DNA of 64,000 nt from Tubiluchus corallicola (lineage: Eukaryota; Animalia; Priapulida), in assembly GCA_030141605.1 (NCBI GenBank), contig JAQGDQ010000032.1, positions 434,001 through 498,000 on the forward strand. The letters are read 5' to 3'. The position numbers and the translations under genes are program-made. A model generated the notes under the pieces. It was not told the DNA's origin, ran no database searches, and worked only from the letters and a program-made list of their open reading frames with translations. Below are positions 13,289 to 26,110 of this stretch, in pieces. Within the stretch, counting starts at the first letter, position 1; each line of letters opens with the position of its first letter.

Positions 13289-15720
13289 ACCTTTACCCAC
13301 TATAGCTACCTTTTACAGACAAATTGACATGTTAATAAATTTGTCGATAATTTGATGCACCGCTTCAACAATAATTTTACACTGTCTGGTCTGTCACCAT
13401 GATCAGACCTGGGCTCCAGTCCAGGCTGGCTTAGTCTGGACTATATTGTGTTGCAATGAATAGTGACTTGATATACATTACATTACGCGAGATGATTTCA
13501 AAATTCAAATATCTTTTGCGACACATGATGTATCAGCACCCTGTATACTACATTCGATCAAGCCTTAACACACGACTCGTGGTATATGTACTACTAATAT
13601 TACTTTACATAGTTAGTGATCTTTTACGTCTTTTTCATAAATCTTAGATTCTTAGCATTGAAAAAAATGTCGAAACGCTTATAAACTACTACGTCGTACA
13701 TCAGCTGCATATAGTGTACATAGTACATACAGCTAGATGCAAAGTTCACGTCGGGCACATTTGAGAATAAACACTTGATAGGTCACAAATTATTAAGCAC
13801 AGCCAATCCTTTCATACCTGTGAATGCCGTGGAGGTTACATCTAAAAATCAATATTAACTCGAACAAGGCCCATATACAAGGTAACAGATACAGCTTTAA
13901 GAGCAACAAACTTAAATAAGAAAACCCTTTACGCACATAAAGCTAAAAATTTCGTCTTGAAATTTTGTATCACTTGCATGCTTTTGCGCACAGAGATTGT
14001 ATTAGTGGCAACACTGTATAAAACTTGTAAATTTATACACCCGCGACGTCGGTTATGCGATGCCGTTTTGGCGGTAATTCGTTTGAAACTAGTTCAGACA
14101 ACATTATGTAAAATTAAAAAAAAATAATCAGAGCACTCGTAACGTACACTTCATTAGCTAAGCAAAAGTATAAATTACTTTATCTTGTCTATAAGACTAA
14201 TAATTTTCCTGTAAAGCATGACACACTAGTAAGAAAATCAAATTTAAATGGCACTTCTGGAACTGGGCTTCTCATTTGGTATTTTTATCTTTACTTTTGT
14301 CAAGCCCGCTTGGCAGCATACCGATCAGCCAAACTAGCAGCGATCTAATTTTAATTTACGTACACAATACATATACATATTTTATTCTGTCCTGACAACA
14401 TGCAATTTTACGAGTTCTTCTTCAGAGAATTTTTTTTACTAGCTTGGTAATCGGCACTAAATTTAACTTTAATAGTTAACTTTAAAATGCCTTCAGGAGA
14501 CAACACTTCACAGACTATTCATAAACCGACTTTGAACTTTCAAGGTTACATATTACAATGAATGTGACTGCAATCTCAAGCTGAAATAAAGTACAGTAAT
14601 CCTATACAATAGGCGTCAAAAATAATCCTATTATAATTATGGTAAGAACTTTATCCTTGAAAAAGTATAGTTTATAGGGATGATTGCACTGTTGCAGAAC
14701 CCAGACTAAGCCTACGGAACGTGAATTTTTGTTGTTAATATCGAATGATTTCGATGCTTCACGAGTCACGACTTAACGTCTAATTTAAAACATTGTTAAT
14801 GCAGCACCGTACACTGCAAAAAGCCTCCGTACACTGGACCTTGCCCTGCCAAACGTTTGCACAGACTGAACACGCTATAGTGATAGTAAATATTCGAGTA
14901 GATTATAGAACTGGTGGGCGGCCAGCTTGTAAAGAGGAGTGCTGAACTGTCAGCCAGGACATTCACCTACTCTACCTACAGTAGCAACGTAGATAGACGG
15001 ACGGACTAGATGTTCTGAGCTCACTGGCTTCCGCGCGCCTGACTGATTGAACGACTGTACTTGGCTTCAAACCTAACAATCTGCGAATACCAGCGTTGCA
15101 CTCACAGGCATCACACAATCACAACAACATCCAATAGATTTCGTCTACCAGCAGGCCGTATGGACTAATACTATCATACTATATAATATTATAGGGCAGC
15201 ACTAAAACAGAATAGGTTACAAGATCAAAAGTCACAACCAGTTCAAAGACCCTGTTCCCATATTAAATTTTATCAGGTACGTTACTAATTGAAATGCACG
15301 TGAACTAAAAAATTGTTCCACACACGCATGCTGCAGCGCATTATTAAGCCGCCGTGTGACTCTGATCTGTGACATGTCGACCTCAAAAAATTCTTCCATC
15401 ATTGTAGTTGGCCATTTCTTTGCAATGAACGAAATTTTCTTAAGTTTTGTGTAACCTTGGCATTCAAATCACACTCGCAAACGTACCAGTTGCAGAGCAC
15501 GTCTAGCAAAATGTTTGTAATACATCTGGTAATACTTCTGTCACCTTTGCGTTTCCGAGATGCTCTTTAACCTTCCGCTTTTGAGTTTTTAGGCTCAAAT
15601 AAGACAATTATAGCCACCCGACATTGTAACTCCTCACTGTGTGTGGTGTATCACTATCAAGGAATTATTCTGAATAAACGTATAAATGTCCTTCCAATGA
15701 GATAATTTAACATCGATTTT

Positions 15721-15948
15721 TTTGCAAACTACTTTCAAGATTCATAGAAATAAAAAAACTGAATTAAATGTCAAATTTGTTACAGTTTTGAAAACTTCAG
15801 CAGTAACGCTTTGTTGCATAGGCTACTCACAACACTACTTTTGTTTGCAAGTTACTTTCAAGATTCATAGAAACAAAAAACCTGAATTAAATGTCAAATT
15901 CATTACAGTTTTGAGAACTTCAGCAGTAACGCCTCATGGCTACTCACT
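15721..15948. repeat. Two-copy tandem duplication, period ~123 bp
   Basis: tttgcaa..tactttcaagattcatagaaa...cttcagcagtaacgc starts at 15721 and at 15844; it explains the repeated ORF 15722..15988. Confidence 0.9.
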
Positions 15949-16093
15949 GTCAAAATGTCTAAAGAAACCAGTCAGCGCAAACCACTGACTGTGACTAGTG
16001 GCGTTTTTAATGCAATCCTGATTGTCCAAGCTTCCTTAACCGCCTTGTCCTTGGAAATGATCATTATGTAATTCATGCGTCGGCATGTAATGC

Positions 16094-16194
16094 ATCCAGC
16101 ATACCCAGCTGGCAATGTATGCTGAGCACCTGATGAGACCAGGTCCAATCAACGGGCAACGAACCGTGAAACAACATTGCTGAGGGGATGGATA
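16094..16194 (+). ncRNA. Degenerate type III hammerhead-ribozyme-like motif
   Basis: GGCAATGT-A-TGCtgaGCA-c-CTGATGA(16130-16136)-imperfect stem II-GAAAC(16168-16172)-AACATTGCT, with outer ATCCA/TGGAT pairing. Core boxes are present; the junction pairs are imperfect. Confidence 0.4.
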
Positions 16195-19158
16195 ATCAGC
16201 ATCCAACTGAGCTTCTCTGTGTTCTTTAACATAAGCCTATTAGTACTACGCTTTAATGTGCAATATCCTTTAGAAATGCCTGGGTGACGAGGACTGGTAT
16301 GTTCTGAGACAATGCTCCTTTGCCCCTTCTCTTTCAGAGTCAACACATCAGTGGCACATTTTAATGTCAAATGAATAACCGACGATAAAAGTAAGAGTCA
16401 ACAAAAGTACGTAAGCTTGACATGTAACTGTCGTCAGAAAGAGTAGCTCTAGTTCGAGCGCAGCAAATTCCAGTCGATGGTCACTCGTATTGCATCGGGC
16501 AGCTTTAAATCGGAAGGACCTACTTAAAATGCACAAAAGGATACCCTTTAAGATACCGGACACCAATAAGTAGAAATCAGAGAGTAGTCGTAGTCATAAG
16601 ACGACAGCCGAGTTAATCGCTACTAGAAACAAAGTAATAGCAAGAACTATCAGACACTTCATAAAGACAATAGCAAACCAGCTAAACTAGGAATTTCTCG
16701 CAAATTGTCACGAACTACTAGCTAGTTCTGCTATTTTTGTTAATACAGCAGCAATAGGGAAACTCTATTGTGCTGCCGACTGCAGATGAACCCCTAAACC
16801 CAACAGAAGCCAAGTGCGTGAAGTTGCACGCTTCTTGCCAGATAAGAGATAGTGTTTTGTAAAAAGCAACAAAACTAAATTCAACGCCTCCTAGGTCATA
16901 CTGCTAAGCGTTAAAGTGTGTGAGACGGCTAAGCGTTAAAGAAGAGTCATCATCTCTAACGTGCTAAGCTACTAATAGTGTGCAAATGAGTTGTGAAAAA
17001 GAGGCATGTGACGCTTCCACACGAATATGGCCGCTGAAGGCCACATTATCCCAAATAGTCAAATAAATGGTTTTTGTACGAAACCCTGGAACGCTATTAA
17101 CCGCAAACAAGCCTGACGCTAGACGCTTTACAACTGTGTGAAGAACTTACACTTAGCCCATTTGGGGTGAATGAACTCTGGCGTACACAAACACGTGTAA
17201 AGTTGAATTGCATAATCTAGCTAACCGCTTGCTGCCTGCTTAACTCTAGCGTTACTGCAGCAACATTGCAAGCAAAATACATTGGAGTTGCCCTGCTAGT
17301 ATTTACTCAAACTTTTATTGTTAACACGGCTACCGAGTTACAAATTGACTAACAAAAGTCAACTTCCTGCCAGCGTTAAACATACAGGACTTGCAAATTC
17401 CAAATACTTCAGTAAACTCATTCGTTTTTTAAACTCTTAAAAATCAAACATATTGCTTACAAATATATATCAAAAAATGCACAGCAAATTTACTTTAACT
17501 ACGCAACACAACATTTCAACCATGACCTGTAAGTCACCTTCAGGTATACTGAAGGTTTAAATTAAATCATTCTGGGTTTAGTTTGTATTTCTGAAAATGT
17601 GAAACTTTCATAATACCTGAAAGATGACCACAGGTGGTGATTAAAAAAAATGTGCTGTACCTATATTTCAGCGAACTCATTGCAATTTTCAAATCGTAGA
17701 GAAATTTGATTACTTAAAACTATAAACCAGACAGCCTGCATTTTTCACTGTATTCACCATATTTCAGTATCACAATATGTTAACGCTCCAGCAAATAAAG
17801 TAGAGACATAATACTTGGGCTTAAGTTACATGGTTTAGAATTTTTTAAATATACTCGACACATATGTATATCATAACATAACTAAAATAACAATTCGTTG
17901 GATTTTTCGAGTACTGAGTTATTCTTTTGGAATTTATCATATGGAATTTTTTTTACAGTTTTCTGATATTTGAAATAAAAACTAAACAAATACATTTTGC
18001 AAGCTCCCTAATATGTATTTTACTATTTAGTTAGTAGAAGCTGTAAAATAGCAGATTTTCAACTGCTAATTTAAACTAACTATAATTCTTCCAAGAAGAA
18101 ATAACATAATAACGTTAGTGTTTATTATTTACAGAGCTGTAGAACAAACTTTTGTTGATTTTTGAGCCATAAGCAGATATTTCAAAATAAAACTTGTTTT
18201 GCGATGTTGTTTCGAAATGCGAATTTCAAACACCTGTAAACACCGATAAACTTATCAAAAACATCTTTAATGGTACACAATATTATTCTGTATTAATCTG
18301 TATTATTTCAAGTTAATGGCATGTCATTTCGAAACAATGGATGCTTGACTTCTTGTAAAGTGTTCGTGTAAAAAATGCAAAAAACAGAGTCGCGCGAGTA
18401 AATATCGCGTAGGGTAACCGACGGTGCCAATAAAATGACAACCTCATTGATAAATGATAAAAATTGTTATAAAAAAACCAAAATTTTACAAGTAAATAGC
18501 GTGCCATAGCCCTAAGTCTGTAGCTAGTAGACAGATGATAAACGTGTGTCGCATGCCAATGTATATCTGTCTAAACTCTAAAGCGTGCAGCTAATATGTA
18601 GGTGTTGTAGAGCAGAACTTATAATGCGACTGTTATGAAAGATAAAAGAGAAGACCAAAACAGACTTGTCATAGTCTTATCGGTCACACTGCGGATAATT
18701 TTCACAACGTCGCGGCAAATTTAGCATAAAAGTTCGTAGGACTTTGGAAAAGGCAAACACGTTTATTTGCTGCAGTAGCAATTTTGCGTTATCGAGTAGA
18801 CGTATACACAGTAACGCGCAAAACCGTAAGCGAACTAAGGACTGGCAATATTGAGTCACGTTGTATAAAAAAACACTAGTTCAAATACGGAATATTTATA
18901 ACAAATAAACAATAAGCGCCCTGTAAGTCAAATAAACAGTGGGCCTAGGTTAACATGCTGAACGTGTAAATTCCTTACACGAACGTCATAGCAATGCCTC
19001 ATCGTATTTGAAATGATCGAATTTCCATATTAAGAAAATTGCGTGTACATGCAATTTATGCTGACAGTAACATCTTTGACTTGACAAACTATTTATTAAT
19101 CTAATGCATTTTGGTGGCTGTCAGCGTCAACCCTACTCAGCAATTTAGACTGACATAC

Positions 19159-19458
19159 TAAGGCTTTGCCCCATTACTGACCAATGCCAATTTCAACCAC
19201 TTGTTGTCAAAACTCCAGGAGATCGACAAACAAAATGTTCGAGACAAAAGACTATGAACGACGAATATAAGAATTTGAAGTATCCAGAAAATTTGATTAT
19301 CTTTGCATATTATAAGCCGACTAAGTTCGATTGCCCAGTTCCCTGCAGTTGTACCATATTTCACATTTGTTTCTCTTCTCTGCTCCTCCAGATAATCATT
19401 ATCGTCATCAGCATCAGCATGTCATCCCCATTTGAGCCATTCTAATACCTTCTCTTCG
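19159..19458 (-). other. Candidate 300-nt exon of an unidentified minus-strand transcript
   Basis: Acceptor ttttttgcctgcAG| and donor |GTATGT; the phase-2 frame is open except for one TGA at 19424-19422. Confidence 0.3.
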
Positions 19459-21639
19459 CTGCAGGCAAAAAACCAGCCTTTGAGCTAAATCAGCATTTTA
19501 ATTACTAAAATACACCAATTACACAAATTAATACAGCAGCATATAACATGCAATTAGTAATAGGTTTAAAGTATTCTTGCATGCACGTAAACGTGCAAAT
19601 ATGTGCTTACTGTACATGCTTGCAATTCTTTTAAAGGCTATGAACATTAATCAGCCCTACCATTAATTACTTATTAACAGCTTTTACTTATTAATCAAAT
19701 CATTGTTAATTATTTACGATAAAATTCGTATAAACTACCCATCAGCTCATGCGAGACTGTTGGGAAATAATACAAAACGTCACTGCATGCAATGTCGAAT
19801 TTTAATGAATTATAGAGGTGCACATGCAGGCACCTGGCGACGGAGTAAGTAAAAATATGACAAGGCACTGCAAACGTACGCATGTTGATAATTTAGGTGG
19901 GAGAAAAAAGCAGAAGCAAAGCTTTCAAAATTAAGTTATGATATTTGAACAAACAAATTTGGAAATGCGTAACAAAACATAATGTATTTTCTGTCGTCAC
20001 TATGAGGATAAACTAAGGGTTCACAAACTGTGAAGCTAATTTTGACAATTAATTAATTATATATAAAAAACCTCTAAGAGCTAATTTCTTAATGTTGAAA
20101 AAAAATTATAAATGGCTAAACACTTTACTAATCTATCCGAGCATTTATCGTGCTCCCTTGTAGCTGATATTGATCGTAAAATCAAATTATAAATCTTTAT
20201 CAACATCTGAGTGCATTGACAGGGCAAGCTAAGGTCTTCGCGAGGCTATAGGGTGCAGAGTATAGGTTTTTGTATGTCCGTCAACAAAAACACCTTCGCT
20301 TAAATTTACACTCTGGCGTACAGCTAAAATAAACCGGGTGGTAAGCTTTCCCGGGATAAAAACCACGCAGACGCAACCCACGGGAAATATTTGCCAAGTT
20401 TGAGTTCACAACCGCCTCGCGGCGCTGACGTCTACGAAGGGATGACAGCATCGACAGGAACTGTCCGGTTGTAAATTTAATGATGGTTACTACCAGTACA
20501 GACACAGTATCAGAGGAATATTACGGCCGCAAGTAAAATGCCAACTACATGTACATTGCAAAACTGTTTGCAAATAATAAGAACGCTGCAAGAGAACAAA
20601 TGTAGCCGATTTAGGTGTAGAAAGACAGCCACATTTCTTCCTTGAGACGATGCTTCACTACTCAGTGAATGAATAAACGTGGCAGGCTTCCAAACGTAAT
20701 GTCATTGCACTGTTTAGAATGCTAACACGGCAAGCGTGCGTCACTACAGACCGATCTTGAAAAGTCGGGGAAACTCGAGCTCAAAATTCATGCGCATTTT
20801 GAATTGAAAAACAGGAACTGGAAATTCTCGTGCTGGTCAAATACCCTGACTCGCCACAGTACTTGGCCATGCAAAATATCAGTTATAAACTATAAGTTTG
20901 TTGCATGCTTTTAGATTGCTTCTGATGAAAAAAAGAACGGAAAGTTGGCTCCACGCGCGTCCAAATGGCACAATGACCAGAAACAAATTTGTTTGAATAT
21001 ATATGGTCAATTTTGACCAGTGACTTTCGAAGAGAAACACTGTATTCAGAAGAATGGCTCTTGAGACTATCTACAGGGCTACTGAACTCTCTTCTGAGCT
21101 ACTGCAAGCCTAAAATCCTGCCAAAAGACAGTAAAAATTTTAATGCACACTTTAGGAACTCGTTACGCATCGTGAACCTAATTACACGCACACAACCTAA
21201 ACAATACCTAACAAGCATTTTACCTAGACACAGAAAGTGTATAAGCGACAGAGAGAAATAAGAGAAAGAGAAAAATTGAGAAAGAACAAAAGAAGCTGAA
21301 CTGAACAGACGAGAAAACAAGCAGCTACAGCAGTTAATTATAGTAGCACATTCATGCGAGTAACCCAAAGCTTACAGGGAATTCCACGGCGAACCAGCTT
21401 AAAGGAGAGAGAAGGCAAAACTGGGACACAGCCAGGCAGGCTAGGTTGGGTCAATGGCCGGGCGTTCAGTTTATGTATCTGTAGAGTACTTGCTGTGCAC
21501 TCGGCTCAATGCAAATATTAGCTGGGGCTTTTTGTAGCTGATTTCGTTTGGTTATGAGTTAATCCGTTTGACTTATGAAGAAAACCACTAATGCAAACTT
21601 TTCTGTATAACAGTGGTCACCTGCTGGCTGAGAAAATTT

Positions 21640-22580
21640 TATACTAAAAAGGAAACACGTATGATCTAACAAATCTCTAATAAGTGGGTTACATTTCATT
21701 AATAAGTGCTTCGAAAGAGTCTTCAGCATTTCACAACTTCAGCCTCTGATAAGTACAATCGTTTATACTAGAACCTGCTTTAATCTTGAATCCTGAAACA
21801 AATGATCTTCTCTTCTTCACTGACACATTCTCCAAAAGTCTAAACTTAGAGGCACATCACCTTCACCTTACGAGCAATTGGTTATGACGATTACACCTAT
21901 GGAATTTATTGGAACTTCAGTGGGATACATTCATTAATTCACATTATTTTTCTGTGATTTCAACCATCAGACCATGCATTGCGCCCATTCAAGCTTCATA
22001 CTAAATCTCTACAATCAAGAATTCTTTTATTCATTTTATTTGTTCAGGACCATAAAAATCATGAAAAATACTTTGCAAGTTGCAGAAAATAATCAGCCTT
22101 TGACAGAGGCCTCAGCATTGCATCTGTTCGGCAGTTTACACAGCCAAAATTTTTTTACTAATATGATCGGATATATCATGGCACCAGCTCTTGGTTTTGG
22201 TGTAATCATTAGTCTTGTTCAAGTTTCATTATTAATACCATTTCTTTACTCTACGACGACTTTACAGTTGGACTTTCCTGAGCATTTGAAAACTGCGCTC
22301 ACTAAATGGAAATATCGGCCTTTAGTTTACTTACATGTACACAAAAATTTATACTCGTACCACTCAGGAAAATATTCAAGCTCAGCAAAGCTAGCGACAG
22401 TTTCAATAACAAAGTTCACAGATACTTTTTCTCCTTGGGAGGGGGTGCTGAGTAGGCCCATCTGGCTTCATCTCAGCGTGGTACAATACGACATGATCAG
22501 TCAGCGTATCAGCATGAATACTTTGGCCGGCATATTTTACAATGATGCCTTTGAATGATATAGCCATTCATCAGTTTGTT
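21640..22580 (-). pseudogene. Decayed coding-like segment with a CxxC...CxxC zinc-ribbon remnant
   Basis: Minus-strand frames give MAISFKGIIVKYAGQSIH..., EKVSVNFVIETVASFAELEYFPEWYEYKF..., FGCVNCRTDAMLRPLSKADYF/(C)ATCK, interrupted by stops and frameshifts. Confidence 0.3.
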
Positions 22581-22739
22581 TGGTCTATATGCATTTGGCA
22601 TTTATTATTAAACTGGTTTTTGTTACTTTTCTAGTTTATTTTAGGTACGATTACGACATCAATACTGTGAGATTACGGCTTAATCAATTCATCAATTCAT
22701 TCATCTTCGATAGGATTTTAGATTTCTTCTTCTAGCTAC

Positions 22740-23325
22740 CTGTAATAAATGCTACGATTAGTAGCTGGTTGCGCCCACAGTGCAATATTATCGTAGTGGC
22801 AGGTGTAAAGATTGAGGAAGTGGTACAGCGGTTCCACCACGCGCACACGGAAGAATTCAACAATACAGCAATAGTTACTAAAGGCCGGCTCAGACAAGGC
22901 TTTGTCAAGCTAAATTCTAAGAGAAATAACAGCGCCTCACCCATTAATTAACAAGCAGCTAAAGAGAAACGCTTAATGACAAGTCTATGAACGCATCATG
23001 GATGGAATTAACTTAGTGCGTCATAAATGCGTCTATTAACTTGAAAGCTGATGTATTAACTCATGAACTAGAAGTAATCAGTTTCTTTACTTATGAACTT
23101 ATTATTTTTTAAATGTATTGTTTTTATGTAAAATGTTATTGTATGACGATGCTAAACCAATAATTTAGGTTTATTGTTTTAGCATATTGTGTTGTATTAT
23201 ATTGTATTGTTATATACGGTACTGTATTGTATTATGTATATTTTATTGTATTATATTGTCTGAACTGTACATGCATATATACATGTCATTATGTCACTTG
23301 TGTTCGTGAATAAAGTTTATCTATG
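22740..23325 (+). mobile_element. Probable LINE 3'-end fragment
   Basis: W.P...KIEEVVQR resembles the post-RT WxP...LExVQR motif; it is followed by a TATTG-rich 3'UTR and an AATAAAgtttatctat tail. Confidence 0.35.
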
Positions 23326-25789
23326 AAAACAGAGACGATTACACCACATCCGGCCAGAAACGGGTTCATTATTAATATTTTCCAAAATTAACTAGGCTAC
23401 ACGAATGGCGATTATTATGTACTGATTAATAATTAAAAAAAATAATACCTTTCATGCTAGCGTAATGTCGTTACCTTAATTAAATGATGAAGTAATAGCT
23501 CTAATGCATCAGCCTACTCACAGCAGCTGTTCATGTGACAATATGCAGGTAACTGTATTGCACTTTATTAACTCACCAGCTATCATTGTAAGACGTTAAA
23601 ATGTAGCACCGAACCCCCATGAGGAGATCTATTAAACGTAATATTATTACCTTAATAATGGGATGCTGAGTGAGAGGGTGTAGTAATAAGTATAATGATA
23701 TATAACTTTCACTACTACCAGTATATGAAGAACTGATAAGTGTAATCTAGGGATGCGAAAACCTACTTCAGTTTTGAAACAACTTTCGTCTTTATCAAGT
23801 ACGCATCAAAAATTCGACTTGGTGACAGAGCAAAACTGTAACCCGTACCAGCTTTGAGGAAAGAAGTTTTAACATTCAGAATTCAGCTAAAAATATAACA
23901 TAATAGATGCATTCACTTCAACCAACATTTAAAACGAATTAATTAACTAACAGTTACAATTCAGTATTTTACAGTAATGCTGGACTTTAAATGAATTATT
24001 CTCTACCTACTGCATATAAAGCTTAAACATCACACAGCCTGAAAGTTCTTTATCCCAGTAACAGTGACACAGTTATTGAAAACCTGCTTTACAAAGCGCA
24101 TTAACCATTAGAAAACTGATAGCCGGGCACTGTGCCACTGCCACACTGAATGAAGAGTTGATCAACAGGTTTTTTCCGTCGAAAATGGATAGGGCTTTTA
24201 ACCACGGGGGGAATTCAAAGACAGTTAGGTACAGTTTTCTCATTTAGGCAGATCTATGTGCTGAAAATGATTTGAAAATATTTAACACGTGTCCAAAGCT
24301 ATTTTCGTGAAGCTGTTGTCTATTGCGCAATAAATTTTAAAGTACTGGTATATCAGTACTGCTTTGAAGTAATCATATGAGTATTAAATTAAAGAAAAAT
24401 AAGAAGCCATATCAAGGAATCGAATCCAAGGCTTTCTGCCAAATATATTTTAACCATGACATTAATTATACAAATATAAACTTCCTCAAATCTAAAGCTC
24501 GCTATCCGCTGATGCGTTAAGAGTTCTTACGAACAACAGCATATGAAATGGTTTTTCACTTGTAAATTCTATGTAAAGAACTGCACGATATATCTTTTTT
24601 TTCCAAATAATTTAACAGCACTGTTTCATTTTCTCTATTGTCATAAGTAGTGGAGTAGTGGACACCACAGCAAGGAAGAACGTATCATTTGTATTATTCT
24701 TAAAAAATGAAAGCACTCATATTATAAGTGATTAAACTGCTACGTAGCTTTGATTTTTTCCTCAACAAAGTTTGCAAATTGCGAGTGTGATACCACTGCA
24801 GCAAGTGCGCAAGAAACATGTTACAGTATATATATATATATACTAAAACATGCATGAAGAATACAAAAAATAAACTGAAATGAGTCATTTTTGAGAAACC
24901 CAATGGTTCCCTTTTTGGCTGATTTAAGAAACTGATAACTCGTCTAAGAACCATGAGTCGGCTTGTTTTTTCCATATTATCTAGTTCAGTGTTAAGAACG
25001 TTTAGAATGACGCTAAACAGCCTTGAGCAAAAAGAATCAAAAAGCAGCAACAGCCTAACGTATTTGTTATACTCTGCGCTTCAGCTGCAGCAGCTGTCCT
25101 ACCTAGTCCAGCAAGTGTGCCACCATTTTGAAAAAATGTGCAAACAAAATGGTTTTACGATGGTCAAATCAGTCGAACCTTACTGAATGGAATAAATTCC
25201 AAGGAAATCTTATGAAATTTAGCTGAGAGAAGGTAGCAACAAAGCTCTCGGGCCTTGAACAATTCTCTTTAAATTTCTTAACTCTTTAAATTTCACAAAG
25301 CGTCAGTTTCCACATTTACAAGATGTATAAAACAAACCATAGCTAAAAAGCATCCAGCACGGCTTTTTAAATTGAATGACATACGGCAAAAGGTCAAAGA
25401 ATAATGTGGGAGAAAATTAAACTGAACCGAAAACGAGTTCATTAATAAAAGTTCAAGAACCAGAATAAAACGCACAAACTAATATAAAAATGCCTAACAT
25501 TCTAGGTTACCTTTCATCAACACTTTTGACACTTCCATCGCCATCCTAGCATGCTAAACGAACACAAATTTATTAAATTAGTAAAATTAACCAAACACTG
25601 GACATCCACGTTCAGTGACGTCGCAAATTCATTCGTCAAATCAATCAATCACTAATTTTCGAGTCCTGTCCTGGCTTGGCATATCCACAACTCACAATGC
25701 AGTAGGTTACTAAGAAAGGGTTGCGTACCGCATTCGGGTATCAACATGTTTATTTTTTGAATCAGCACGATGAAAGGTTCCCTAGTTCA

Positions 25790-26110
25790 ATCCAACTCGA
25801 GTCGTCGCTCACAATGACATTACATTAATAAACATCGCAACTCTTTCCCGCGCTGTGCCAACTCACCAGCGGCCAAGAAGTCCACTCAACGCACGCACCT
25901 GCCTTCAGCACAGCTATGAGTTATACAATAAGCTTGGTGTCAGCGCGATTACCCAAGCCTGTACAGCGAGATCACTGAGACGGGAAGTGGGTGCACAGTC
26001 GCACACAATGCCGCAAATGACCAACGATGGCGGCGAAAATTCAACAGGAAGTGTTCGCAGCAATGCGAGCTTTATCAGAGGGGACGGATCACTCGCTAGC
26101 GAACACGCAA
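25790..26110 (-). promoter_or_regulatory. CpG-rich putative promoter or first non-coding exon of a minus-strand transcript
   Basis: Local GC/CpG enrichment and a strong donor GCTG|GTGAGT at ~25866 on the minus strand. There is no direct transcript evidence. Confidence 0.3.

Noticed and set aside
21974-22558. Longest ORF in the track (194 aa, plus strand)
   Set aside because: No recognisable motifs or splice context; likely the antisense shadow of the decayed minus-strand coding sequence.
24405-24460. tRNA-like B-box (GGATTCGATTCC) on the minus strand
   Set aside because: No cloverleaf; at most a decayed SINE head.
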